Source: Candidatus Gottesmanbacteria bacterium UBA6580 (lineage in GTDB: Bacteria > Patescibacteriota > Microgenomatia > UBA10105 > UBA927). Taken from it: a DNA stretch of 64,000 nt. The notes beneath the pieces were generated by a model. The model was given only the letters and a program-made list of their open reading frames with translations. It was not told the origin of the DNA and ran no database searches. The translations under genes were made by a program, and so were the position numbers. This document shows, one piece after another, positions 18,442 through 27,092 of the stretch. Positions within the stretch are counted from its first letter, which is position 1, and each line of letters begins with the position of its first letter. The DNA lies in assembly GCA_002433895.1 (NCBI GenBank), contig DJJA01000006.1, forward strand, positions 40,630 to 104,629, written 5' to 3'.

Positions 18442-18465
18442 AACCCCGCGAGTCGGGGTTTTTTT
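18442..18465 (+). terminator. Attenuator terminator of the Tyr leader
   Basis: AACCCCG-CGAGT-CGGGGTT-TTTTT. Confidence 0.88.
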
Positions 18466-18487
18466 ATGGATGAAAGGAGGTGATCAT

Positions 18488-18730
18488 ATGATACAGCTTA
18501 AAGAAATTCTAGATGGAAAAACAATAGAGGATAGTGAACAACGCGCAGAGCGCGCATTTCGTATTTCTCGAGACCTCTTGCATGCAAGTTGGGTTTTTAG
18601 TCTTGGCGGTTTACCGAAAATTGGAGCCATATTGCTTGGAAGCTCTATCCCGATCATTATAGAAATGAAACGACAACACGGTAACATCAATAAACGAAAG
18701 AAAGAACGAAATGTAGTATTTCATAAATAA
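18488..18730 (+). CDS. Small hypothetical protein (80 aa, hydrophobic core, basic tail, no Tyr)
   Basis: Perfect SD AAAGGAGGTGA at 18473-83 then ATG 18488. AT-rich. Confidence 0.65.
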   Translation: MIQLKEILDGKTIEDSEQRAERAFRISRDLLHASWVFSLGGLPKIGAILLGSSIPIIIEMKRQHGNINKRKKERNVVFHK

Positions 18731-18774
18731 ACGATGAAATACACATAATATGTGATATAGTAAAAGGAGAAATT

Positions 18775-19971
18775 ATGGATGCAATTGATCATTTATTAAC
18801 CCGAGGGGTAGATACAATTTACCCAACCCGAGCAGAGCTGGAAAAAGTCTTGCGAAGCGGCAAAAAACTCATTTTATACCAGGGGTTTGATCCCACGGGA
18901 ACACAGCTGCATATCGGTCATGCGGTGGGTTTCCGAAAACTCCGCCAATGGCAGGACTTAGGTCATCATGTCATCTTCCTGGTGGGTGATGGTACCGGGC
19001 TCGCCGGAGACCCATCAGGCAAAATGAAAGCGCGTGGCAAATTTATGTCACGCTCTGAACTTCGCGACAACGCAACAGCATACCTCATGCAGGCTTCAAA
19101 AATCGTCCGTTTTGATGGCGATAATCCGGTAGAAATTAAATACAACGGTGATTGGCTTACAGAATTGAAACTCGAAGACATGTTGGGAATTGCACAAAAT
19201 TTTACCGTCCAACAAATGATAGAACGGGATATGTATCAAGTACGCATAAAAGCGGGAGATCCTATTAATCTCCGTGAATTCCTTTATCCGTTGCTCCAGG
19301 GATATGACTCTGTGGCGATGAAGGTGGACTTGGAACTCGGGGGGAGCGATCAAACATTTAACATGCTTGCGGGAAGAACACTGGTTAAAAACATGCTGGG
19401 TAAAGAAAAATTCGTTATGACCGTGCCGCTCCTTGCCGATTCCAAAGGGGTAAAAATCGGCAAAACCGAAGGCAATGTCATAGGTCTTACCGATGCACCG
19501 ACTGATTTTTATGGAAAAATCATGTCGCTGGGTGATGATGCTATCATTCCCTGTTTTACACTGCTTACTGACACGCCGGATGAAGAAATCACTGCCATAC
19601 AGGAACAGATGACAAGGGGTGAAAATCCTATGAAGTTCAAAAAACAACTCGCCTTTGAGCTCACTAAACAATTTAATTCAGAAAATGAAGCAACTAAAGC
19701 ACAAAATGATTTTATACAAAAATTTCAAATTAAAAATTTGGCTACAGTAATAATGCCAACTATCCCATTAAAAGCTTTTAATTCAGCACCTACTATCTCT
19801 GAATTTTTATTAGCAACGAAATTGGTGCCAAGTCGATCAGAAGCAAAACGGTTAATTCAACAGGGGGCAGTAAAGATTGACGACACGGCTGTTATCGATG
19901 ATAATAAACCAAAGGTCAGAATAGGAACCGTAATTAAGGTGGGCAAAACTAAATTTGCAAAAATTGATTAA
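18775..19971 (+). CDS. tyrS: Tyrosine--tRNA ligase
   Basis: YQGFDPT, HIGH, YPLLQGYD, GGSDQTFN, KIGKT, and S4 domain SRSEAKRLIQQGAV. Confidence 0.97.
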   Translation: MDAIDHLLTRGVDTIYPTRAELEKVLRSGKKLILYQGFDPTGTQLHIGHAVGFRKLRQWQDLGHHVIFLVGDGTGLAGDPSGKMKARGKFMSRSELRDNATAYLMQASKIVRFDGDNPVEIKYNGDWLTELKLEDMLGIAQNFTVQQMIERDMYQVRIKAGDPINLREFLYPLLQGYDSVAMKVDLELGGSDQTFNMLAGRTLVKNMLGKEKFVMTVPLLADSKGVKIGKTEGNVIGLTDAPTDFYGKIMSLGDDAIIPCFTLLTDTPDEEITAIQEQMTRGENPMKFKKQLAFELTKQFNSENEATKAQNDFIQKFQIKNLATVIMPTIPLKAFNSAPTISEFLLATKLVPSRSEAKRLIQQGAVKIDDTAVIDDNKPKVRIGTVIKVGKTKFAKID

Positions 19972-19978
19972 TAATCTT

Positions 19979-20089
19979 ATGAACTTTTTTAGAAAACACG
20001 AAAAATTCTGGAAGGTAATTGTCGTGATCTCAACAATCGCGCTTGTCGCCACCTCCTTTGTGCCGTTCCTCGCAGGCGGACTGCAATAA
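19979..20089 (+). CDS. 36-aa single-pass membrane microprotein MNFFRKHEKFWKVIVVISTIALVATSFVPFLAGGLQ
   Basis: Translated by hand. ATG is 7 nt after the tyrS stop. Basic N-terminus plus one TM helix. Confidence 0.65.
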   Translation: MNFFRKHEKFWKVIVVISTIALVATSFVPFLAGGLQ

Positions 20090-20169
20090 CGCGCCTCATC
20101 ATGCGCCCCGGCTAGATACCCTGCACGGAAAAGAACCTCATTTACTGGTAATCGCGATATAATAGGGGA

Positions 20170-22230
20170 ATGGATTTACAATTGTCGTCCCTAGTGCAGT
20201 TTCTCCCGCGGGTGGGACCGCGTATGGCATCGCTGCTTCACAAAGTAGGTGTCGAAACCGTCTACAACCTCATGACCTATGTACCATTCCGGTATAAGGA
20301 CTATTCCTTGGTGTCACCGATTGCCCGCCTGCAACCAGGGGAAACCGTGACCGTAGTGGGGGAACTCGAATATATCCGCACGTTTATTACCAAGCACGGA
20401 AAACGGCTCGTCATGGCACGCCTCCGCGATGACAGTGGGGCGATCGACATTACATGGTTCAATCAACTTTATCTAACGAAAATTCTTTCCGCCGGGGATA
20501 CGCTGAGTGTTTCGGGCAATGTCGCATGGTTTGGCCAAAAAAAAGTCTTGTCATCACCCGAATACGAAGTGCTGCGCGCTGCAGGTGAAGGCAAAGACAG
20601 CCTCCACACCGGCCGCCTGGTACCTGTCTACCCCGAAACAGAAGGGTTGTCCTCAAAATGGCTGCGCGGGAGAATTGCGTTTGTCCTTGAACAATATCTT
20701 TCGCTCGTTGAAGACCCGCTCCCCGGACAAATACGCGCCGCCCATCATTTACCGGATCTCCGGAAAGCGATACAGACTATCCATTTTCCCGACACGCTGG
20801 ACGACGCAGCGGCTGCGCGGGAGCGTCTGGCGTTCGATGAGTTATTTACCCTTATGCTGCGGTCCCAGCAACAAAAACGGTTATGGAAACAAACATTAAA
20901 AGCACACGCCATGCCGCTCTCGGCTGCCCTGCTTGAAGAATTTATCAGCCGCTTACCATTTACCCTTACTTCTGACCAATCCAAAGCAGTCAATGATATT
21001 ATCACCGACCTCGGTAGCTCAACGCCAATGAACAGGCTGCTCGAAGGGGACGTTGGTGCCGGAAAAACGGTGGTGGCAGCGGCTGGGATGTTTGCGGCAT
21101 TTATGAACCAACACAATTCAGCCTTACTCGCTCCCACGCAAATACTTGCCGAACAGCATGCAAAAACACTCCGCCTCATTTTAGAGGACACTTTTCATAT
21201 ACAGGTTCATCTTATCCTTGGCGGATCGAAGAAAACCACCATCCCGCCCAAAACAACGGTACCGGCCATTTACGTGGGTACGCATGCATTACTGACAAAA
21301 GCCGAAAAACTTCCTGATTTCGGATTTATTGTGATAGACGAACAGCAACGGTTTGGCGTTGCCCAACGCGCCACACTCCGCGATCAAGCAAAAGAGGATA
21401 TTGTGCCGCACCAACTCGCGATGACCGCCACCCCTATACCACGCACCATCGCCCAAACGGCATTCGGCAATATTGATCTCAGTGTGCTTCACTCACTTCC
21501 AAAAGGAAGAATACCCATAAAAACATGGGTTGTTGCAGCTGCAAAACGGGATGCGGCATATGAGTGGATAAAAAAAGAACTCAGGGAAACGAATTCACAG
21601 GCATTTATCGTTTGCCCGCTCATTGACCAATCGGAAACGCTCACGACGGTAAAAGCCGCGACTACCGAATTCGCCCGGCTAAAAAAAATATTTTCGCCGC
21701 TCACTGTCGGACTTCTGCATGGACGGATGAAAGCCGATGAAAAAACTGACGCGCTTACCCGTCTGCATGACCGGAAAACAGATATACTCGTGTCTACTCC
21801 GGTGGTTGAAGTAGGTATCGATATACCGGAAGCAACAATCATGGTCATTGAGGCTGCCGAACGGTTCGGCCTTTCGCAACTCCATCAGTTGCGGGGGAGA
21901 GTAGGACGCCGCGAAAAACCATCATATTTTCTGCTATTTACTGAAAATGAAACACCCGAAGTCATCAACCGGCTCAAAGCGCTCGAAACCGTCCATAACG
22001 GTCCGGAACTTGCTGAGCTTGATTTGAAACTGCGGGGACCGGGGGAACTATTTGGCACCCGGCAGCATGGGATTGCCGGATTTGCCATTGCGACTCTATC
22101 GGACACGGAATTAGTTGCCGAAGTACAGCGGGCGGTTCGTGACCTCACGGATAAGGATCCTGACCTCTCGCAGTTTCCCCACTTGAGAGAACGCATAAAT
22201 GAGAGTAAAATAGAGATTATTCAATCGTAA
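20170..22230 (+). CDS. recG: ATP-dependent DNA helicase RecG
   Basis: RLLEGDVGAGKT, DEQQRFG, MTATPIPRT, QLHQLRGRVGR, RGPGELFGTRQHG. Confidence 0.96.
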   Translation: MDLQLSSLVQFLPRVGPRMASLLHKVGVETVYNLMTYVPFRYKDYSLVSPIARLQPGETVTVVGELEYIRTFITKHGKRLVMARLRDDSGAIDITWFNQLYLTKILSAGDTLSVSGNVAWFGQKKVLSSPEYEVLRAAGEGKDSLHTGRLVPVYPETEGLSSKWLRGRIAFVLEQYLSLVEDPLPGQIRAAHHLPDLRKAIQTIHFPDTLDDAAAARERLAFDELFTLMLRSQQQKRLWKQTLKAHAMPLSAALLEEFISRLPFTLTSDQSKAVNDIITDLGSSTPMNRLLEGDVGAGKTVVAAAGMFAAFMNQHNSALLAPTQILAEQHAKTLRLILEDTFHIQVHLILGGSKKTTIPPKTTVPAIYVGTHALLTKAEKLPDFGFIVIDEQQRFGVAQRATLRDQAKEDIVPHQLAMTATPIPRTIAQTAFGNIDLSVLHSLPKGRIPIKTWVVAAAKRDAAYEWIKKELRETNSQAFIVCPLIDQSETLTTVKAATTEFARLKKIFSPLTVGLLHGRMKADEKTDALTRLHDRKTDILVSTPVVEVGIDIPEATIMVIEAAERFGLSQLHQLRGRVGRREKPSYFLLFTENETPEVINRLKALETVHNGPELAELDLKLRGPGELFGTRQHGIAGFAIATLSDTELVAEVQRAVRDLTDKDPDLSQFPHLRERINESKIEIIQS

Positions 22231-22233
22231 CCT

Positions 22234-22437
22234 ATGACACCACTACCAAAACGACGCGCATCAAAAAGACGCCAAGGCAAACGGGACGCAAGCATCCGGA
22301 TGAAATTGCCGGGGTTGTTAATCTGTCCGAACTGCGGTAAGTTACGAATTCCTCACCGTGCATGCAAATACTGTGGTTTCTACGCAGGACGAGCAGTCGT
22401 CGTGAAAAAAGAAAAGAAAGTAAAGAAAACGGCCTAA
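22234..22437 (+). CDS. rpmF: 50S ribosomal protein L32
   Basis: PKRRASK, CPNCG..RIPHRAC..CGFY. Confidence 0.93.
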   Translation: MTPLPKRRASKRRQGKRDASIRMKLPGLLICPNCGKLRIPHRACKYCGFYAGRAVVVKKEKKVKKTA

Positions 22438-22440
22438 CAA

Positions 22441-22496
22441 TCAGTTGTCAGGTGCCAGTTGTCACCACGAGGTGAGAGCTGATTGCTGAAAGCTGA
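22441..22496. repeat. Inverted array of tandem heptamers around a central hairpin (rpmF-nusB spacer)
   Basis: tcagttg tcaggtg ccagttg [tcacc acga ggtga] gagctga ttgctga aagctga. Confidence 0.8.
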
Positions 22497-22510
22497 TAGT
22501 TTCAGAGTTC

Positions 22511-22864
22511 ATGAAGACTCCCAACGATCCCCGACATCAAAAACGCATTACCAGAATGCAGCAGTTATTCAGCTACAGTTTCCGCGAAGCATCTGTTTCC
22601 GAAGAGACAGCGCCCATCGTCGACAAGCTCACAGCTATTGACGCCTTCATAGAAAAGGCCGCGCCGGAGTGGCCGCTTACCAAAATTGCTAAAATTGACT
22701 TAGCCATTTTACGGCTTTCTGTCTGGGAACTTATGTTTGATACCAAAAATCCGAAAAAAGTCGTCATCGACGAAGCGGTTGAGTTAGGTAAATCTTTCGG
22801 CAATGAACATAGCGCAAAATTTATAAATGGCGTGCTTGGTACCATAGTAAAATTATCACCATAA
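22511..22864 (+). CDS. nusB: Transcription antitermination factor NusB
   Basis: IDLAILRL, KVVIDEAVELGKSFG, KFINGVLG. Confidence 0.95.
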   Translation: MKTPNDPRHQKRITRMQQLFSYSFREASVSEETAPIVDKLTAIDAFIEKAAPEWPLTKIAKIDLAILRLSVWELMFDTKNPKKVVIDEAVELGKSFGNEHSAKFINGVLGTIVKLSP

Positions 22865-22882
22865 GCGCCACCCTAAACATCT

Positions 22883-23569
22883 ATGACACTCGACGAACTC
22901 CAACAAACGATTGCAATACAATTTAACAATCCTGAACTATTGAAGCAGGCGTTTATTCACCGTTCACACTTAAATGAATCCAAAGAAAACAAAGTATCCA
23001 ATGAGCGCCTGGAGTTTCTGGGGGATGCGGTATTGTCATTTATCACGTCCCAGTATTTGTATGAAACCTATCCACAATTTCCGGAAGGCACACTGACCAA
23101 CGTCCGGTCTACCCTGGTTAAAACCAAAAGCCTGGGTGCGGTGGCTGCCAGTCTCGGTCTGGGAGAGCTCCTCATGCTCAGCCGCGGAGAAGAGTCTTCG
23201 GGCGGGCGGAGCAATGAATCGCTGCTTGCTGATTGTTTTGAAGCACTCTTAGGAGCGATTTTCCTTGACCACGGCATCGAGGATGCCAAAAAGTTTCTCA
23301 TGACCCATCTCCTTTACAAAACAGAAACCATTCTCACCACCAAAAGCTACATCGACTTTAAAAGCCTGCTTCAGGAAATTACCCAGGAAAAAACCAAAAC
23401 CTCACCCATATACCGTGTCGTAAAAAGCGAAGGACCGGACCACAATAAAACGTTTTGGGTGGAGGTATCGACGGGAGATACCGTCTTAGGAAATGGTGTC
23501 GGTAAATCAAAACAGGAAGCAGAACAGCAAGCTGCCCAGAGTGCGCTTGAGAAGCGCGGCGATATCTGA
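22883..23569 (+). CDS. rnc: Ribonuclease III
   Basis: NERLEFLGDAVL, ADCFEALLGAI, and dsRBD GPDHNK..GKSKQEAEQ. Confidence 0.97.
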   Translation: MTLDELQQTIAIQFNNPELLKQAFIHRSHLNESKENKVSNERLEFLGDAVLSFITSQYLYETYPQFPEGTLTNVRSTLVKTKSLGAVAASLGLGELLMLSRGEESSGGRSNESLLADCFEALLGAIFLDHGIEDAKKFLMTHLLYKTETILTTKSYIDFKSLLQEITQEKTKTSPIYRVVKSEGPDHNKTFWVEVSTGDTVLGNGVGKSKQEAEQQAAQSALEKRGDI

Positions 23570-23584
23570 TAGAATATTACTTCT

Positions 23585-23818
23585 ATGGTAAAGATTCGTT
23601 TAGCCCAATACGGAGCCAAAAACAGACGGACATACCGCATCGTTGCGATTGAAGAGGGAAAAAGACGCAACGGAACGCCGGTTGAGATGCTTGGCTTTTA
23701 TAATCCGCTGGTAAAACCGGCGCAGGTTTCTATTAATCTTGAACGCGTCGCATACTGGAAGAGCCAGGGCGCAGTGGTAAGCCCCGGAGTTGAAAAGCTT
23801 CTGGTTAAACCCTCATGA
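23585..23818 (+). CDS. rpsP: 30S ribosomal protein S16
   Basis: MVKIRL, YRIVA, LGFYNP. Confidence 0.95.
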   Translation: MVKIRLAQYGAKNRRTYRIVAIEEGKRRNGTPVEMLGFYNPLVKPAQVSINLERVAYWKSQGAVVSPGVEKLLVKPS

Positions 23819-24066
23819 AAGACACACTAGATTATTTTGTCCGGACACTCGTTGATCACCCTGACGATGTCGTTATTGATGAACGGCAGGACGGCGAGGC
23901 GATTATCCTGACGATCCACACGAACCCTGAAGACACCGGTAAAGTTATCGGAAAGAGCGGACGCATTATCCGGGCGCTTCGCGACCTCATGAAAGTCATC
24001 GCGGCAAAACGAAACATCTATATTGATGTGGAAATCGCCGAGGATGCACCGCCAGTTGAGGCGTGA
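23815..24066 (+). CDS. khpA: KH-domain RNA-binding protein KhpA
   Basis: DTGKVIGKSGRIIRALR, located after rpsP. Confidence 0.9.
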   Translation: MKDTLDYFVRTLVDHPDDVVIDERQDGEAIILTIHTNPEDTGKVIGKSGRIIRALRDLMKVIAAKRNIYIDVEIAEDAPPVEA

Positions 24067-24069
24067 GCT

Positions 24070-24768
24070 ATGCACATCTCCATCATTACCTTATTTCCGG
24101 AAATGTTTTCCGGAGCATTTGATGCTTCTATCGTTAAACGGGCAAAGGAAAAAGGGAAACTCCACATACATCTTGTTAATCTCCGTAAATTTGCATCCGA
24201 CACTTATGGCACCGTTGATGACCATCCCTATGGGGGAGGAACGGGTATGGTACTTCGGGTTGATGTCATTGACCGGGCGCTCAAACACACGCGCACACTT
24301 ATCAAAGAAGGGACACCACGCGTTATACTTATGACTCCGCAAGGTGAAACATACACACAAAAAAAAGCACGCCAATTAAGCACCGCCGATCATCTTATAC
24401 TCCTCTGTGGTCACTATGAGGGAGTAGATGAACGGGTGCGCGCCCTCGTTGATGAAGAAATTTCCATCGGAGATTATGTCCTTACCGGAGGCGAAATCCC
24501 GGCTATGGTTCTCACTGACTCAATAGCCCGTCTTCTACCGGATGTACTGGTGAAAGCCGACGCCACCACGAACGAATCATTTGAACAATCTATGCTCGAA
24601 TATCCTCATTACACACGCCCCGAAATATATGGAGACGCACGCGTGCCTGCGGTATTACTTTCCGGAAATCATAAAAACATTACCAAATGGAGACAGGAAC
24701 AAGCGTTGGAGAAAACGCGAAAAAGACGCCCCGATTTATTACTCAGGGAGAAAAAGGATTTGGCTTAA
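24070..24768 (+). CDS. trmD: tRNA (guanine37-N1)-methyltransferase
   Basis: VDDHPYGGG.GM, CGHYEGVDER, SIGDYVLTGGE. Confidence 0.97.
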   Translation: MHISIITLFPEMFSGAFDASIVKRAKEKGKLHIHLVNLRKFASDTYGTVDDHPYGGGTGMVLRVDVIDRALKHTRTLIKEGTPRVILMTPQGETYTQKKARQLSTADHLILLCGHYEGVDERVRALVDEEISIGDYVLTGGEIPAMVLTDSIARLLPDVLVKADATTNESFEQSMLEYPHYTRPEIYGDARVPAVLLSGNHKNITKWRQEQALEKTRKRRPDLLLREKKDLA

Positions 24769-25483
24769 TCTGACCAATAAACGGCTCTGGCAGCGCCTCC
24801 GCACTTTGCGTGATAAGCTCCATGTTTCCCAAGCGATCGATAATCGCGACATCAGCAGCCGTTAACTCAGGAAGGATTGTTTTTGCTGTTCCCAGGCTGG
24901 TCGGAAGTGGCTCATAAAACGCGTCCATTTCTATCGAAACCGTCAGCGGGCGATCATCAGGAGGAAACGCAATAGAAAATGTGCGGATACGCAACAAACG
25001 CCGCACGTTTGGCGCCAATGTAATAAATTCCTGCACCGCGGAGATCGACCCGTTCACCGTCACAGAAAAAGGGACAGTTCTTGTGCCCAACTTCCGGTCT
25101 GCCGCCGATAGTTTCGCCGCGGATGGAGTAGCGAGTGTGGTGCCACCCGATAAACTCATTTGTTCTACCGAGACCCCCGTCCGTGCAGCAACCCCTTCAA
25201 CCGTCTCAAATAGTGAAGGAAACGACCGGTCACCCGGCACAGCGGTAAGGACACTCGCTAATTGAAAACGGAGGGTCTGTTCATCCAAAGTATTCAATGT
25301 ATTTAATTTTTTCTGCAACCCGTCGGCTTCCGCGGCGATGTCACGCACCTGACTGAGCATCTCTTGTATTTTTAGGATGGAAGGGGCCACTGCCAGGACG
25401 ATTGCAACGACACAAAACAGCACGATTGCTCCCGAGACAATCATGCCCTGATACGTACGGAGTGTTTTATTAACTGGTTGCAT
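24743..25483 (-). CDS. PilO-like type IV pilus alignment protein
   Basis: N-terminal TM helix + coiled coil + RRLLRI core. Third gene of the pilM-N-O run. Confidence 0.65.
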   Translation of the reverse strand: MQPVNKTLRTYQGMIVSGAIVLFCVVAIVLAVAPSILKIQEMLSQVRDIAAEADGLQKKLNTLNTLDEQTLRFQLASVLTAVPGDRSFPSLFETVEGVAARTGVSVEQMSLSGGTTLATPSAAKLSAADRKLGTRTVPFSVTVNGSISAVQEFITLAPNVRRLLRIRTFSIAFPPDDRPLTVSIEMDAFYEPLPTSLGTAKTILPELTAADVAIIDRLGNMELITQSAEALPEPFIGQIKPNPFSP

Positions 25484-25489
25484 AAAAAA

Positions 25490-26032
25490 TTAAAAAACCG
25501 GAAAAAACGATATACCCATCAGTACTGTCGTATCTTCTTTAAGCGAAAAGGACAATAGTTGCGGCGTGCGGAGTTTCCGTTCATCGACGAGACGTACCAA
25601 GTTGAGTACGATGGCGACCGACTCATCAATTGAACCCAAGAATAATGTTGTCGTTACTTTTCCGGTTTCATCCACCGTGAGCGAGTTGTATTGTTCTTCC
25701 GCGGCGATCTCCTGGAGCACAGTAAACATTTTTCCCCATGGCTTTGCCACTTCCAGTGCTTTTCCTGCTACCGAGGTCCGTTCTTTCAGGGATAATAAAA
25801 TACCTTCCTTGGCACTCTGCAAGTTTATCTGTTGCGTTAAATTGGCTTTTGTCACCTCAAGTGACCGGACACGAAAATTTATATACAGATAGATCGTGCC
25901 AATCGCAATACCGGTAACAAATACGCCTCCCAATAGCCAAACCGCGGCAAGCCGCAGTTTTTCTTCGAGTACTGAAAATTTACGGGAACTACTTACATCT
26001 TTCCGGATAAGGTTTATATCTGAATTACTCAT
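25490..26032 (-). CDS. PilN-like type IV pilus alignment protein
   Basis: DINLI PilM-binding motif, TM helix, coiled coil. Confidence 0.7.
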   Translation of the reverse strand: MSNSDINLIRKDVSSSRKFSVLEEKLRLAAVWLLGGVFVTGIAIGTIYLYINFRVRSLEVTKANLTQQINLQSAKEGILLSLKERTSVAGKALEVAKPWGKMFTVLQEIAAEEQYNSLTVDETGKVTTTLFLGSIDESVAIVLNLVRLVDERKLRTPQLLSFSLKEDTTVLMGISFFPVF

Positions 26033-26038
26033 GCGCGT

Positions 26039-27064
26039 TCACTCCCGAAGTGCAAGCCCGACTGAAACTGTGAACGTTGCACCTTCTTTGTCTAACACGG
26101 CAAATCTCGGGTCCCGCTTAATACCGACCCAGGGGTTGGCGAGCTGTGCTTCTATACCGACATTTTGCGCGATATAGACAACCATACCAGGCAACTTGGC
26201 GGTACCCCCGGCCAGCAGGGTAACTTCAACCCGCTCATCTTTGTGTTTCTCGCCATAATAGGCGAGTGCCCGTTTCATTTCTCCAATAATGGTATCCATA
26301 ATCGGTTTGACCGCGGCGACAATTTTTCCCTGGAGTTTATCCTGCTCTAACCCATATGTGCGTTTAAACTCTTCTGCCTGATTGGTGTTAAAATCCAATC
26401 CCGACACAAGCGCGCGGGACAGTGCTTCACCACCTGCTGCAATAGACCGGGTAAATGCCAACACGCCGCCGCGTAATATGGCAAGATCGGTTGTCTGTGC
26501 GCCGAGTGACACAAGGAGCGCCGCGTTTTTAATAGACGCTACCGAACGCGACAATGCCCTTGCGGTCGCGATAATCTCTGTTTCAGCGGCAAGCGGAATA
26601 AGCTCAGCAGCTTCAAGGATTGAAAGATATTTTTCCAATAAGTTTTTTGGGCACGCGACGAGCAGTACGTCCATCTTGTCCGTACCCGTTTCCTTGGCGT
26701 CCCGGAGTATCGAATAATCTAAATTTACCTGATCAAGCGGTAGGGGAATGTATTGCTCGGCTTCCCATCCGATGGCGCTCGCAAGTTCACGCTGCGATAA
26801 TGCGGGTACTTCGATCACGCGGGTGAATACTTGCGACTCAGGTAACGCAAATGATACTGACGTTGATTTAGCACCAGTTTCCTTGATAAGCTGCCGGATT
26901 GCCATGGCGACCGCCTGATGGTCAGCTTCAAGCGATGACTGCAGTGCCTTGGGGGGCGTCGGGATGCTTCCTGCGGCAAGCAAATGACGTTCGGCACCAG
27001 AAGAGCCTATCTCAACGAGCTTTATACTGTGTGATCCGATATCGAGACCTAAAATGGATTTCAT
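26039..27064 (-). CDS. pilM: Type IV pilus assembly protein PilM
   Basis: LGLDIGSHSIKLVE, EAEQYIP, LAGGTAKLPG, VGLALR. Confidence 0.93.
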   Translation of the reverse strand: MKSILGLDIGSHSIKLVEIGSSGAERHLLAAGSIPTPPKALQSSLEADHQAVAMAIRQLIKETGAKSTSVSFALPESQVFTRVIEVPALSQRELASAIGWEAEQYIPLPLDQVNLDYSILRDAKETGTDKMDVLLVACPKNLLEKYLSILEAAELIPLAAETEIIATARALSRSVASIKNAALLVSLGAQTTDLAILRGGVLAFTRSIAAGGEALSRALVSGLDFNTNQAEEFKRTYGLEQDKLQGKIVAAVKPIMDTIIGEMKRALAYYGEKHKDERVEVTLLAGGTAKLPGMVVYIAQNVGIEAQLANPWVGIKRDPRFAVLDKEGATFTVSVGLALRE

Positions 27065-27092
27065 AGGGCAGTACGAACGCCTTTATCGCGTT

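Noticed and set aside
23815-24070. Missing rimM between khpA and trmD, and missing pilQ/pilP in the pilus cluster, as novelties
   Set aside because: Consistent with a reduced, outer-membrane-less CPR genome. The genes could also lie elsewhere.
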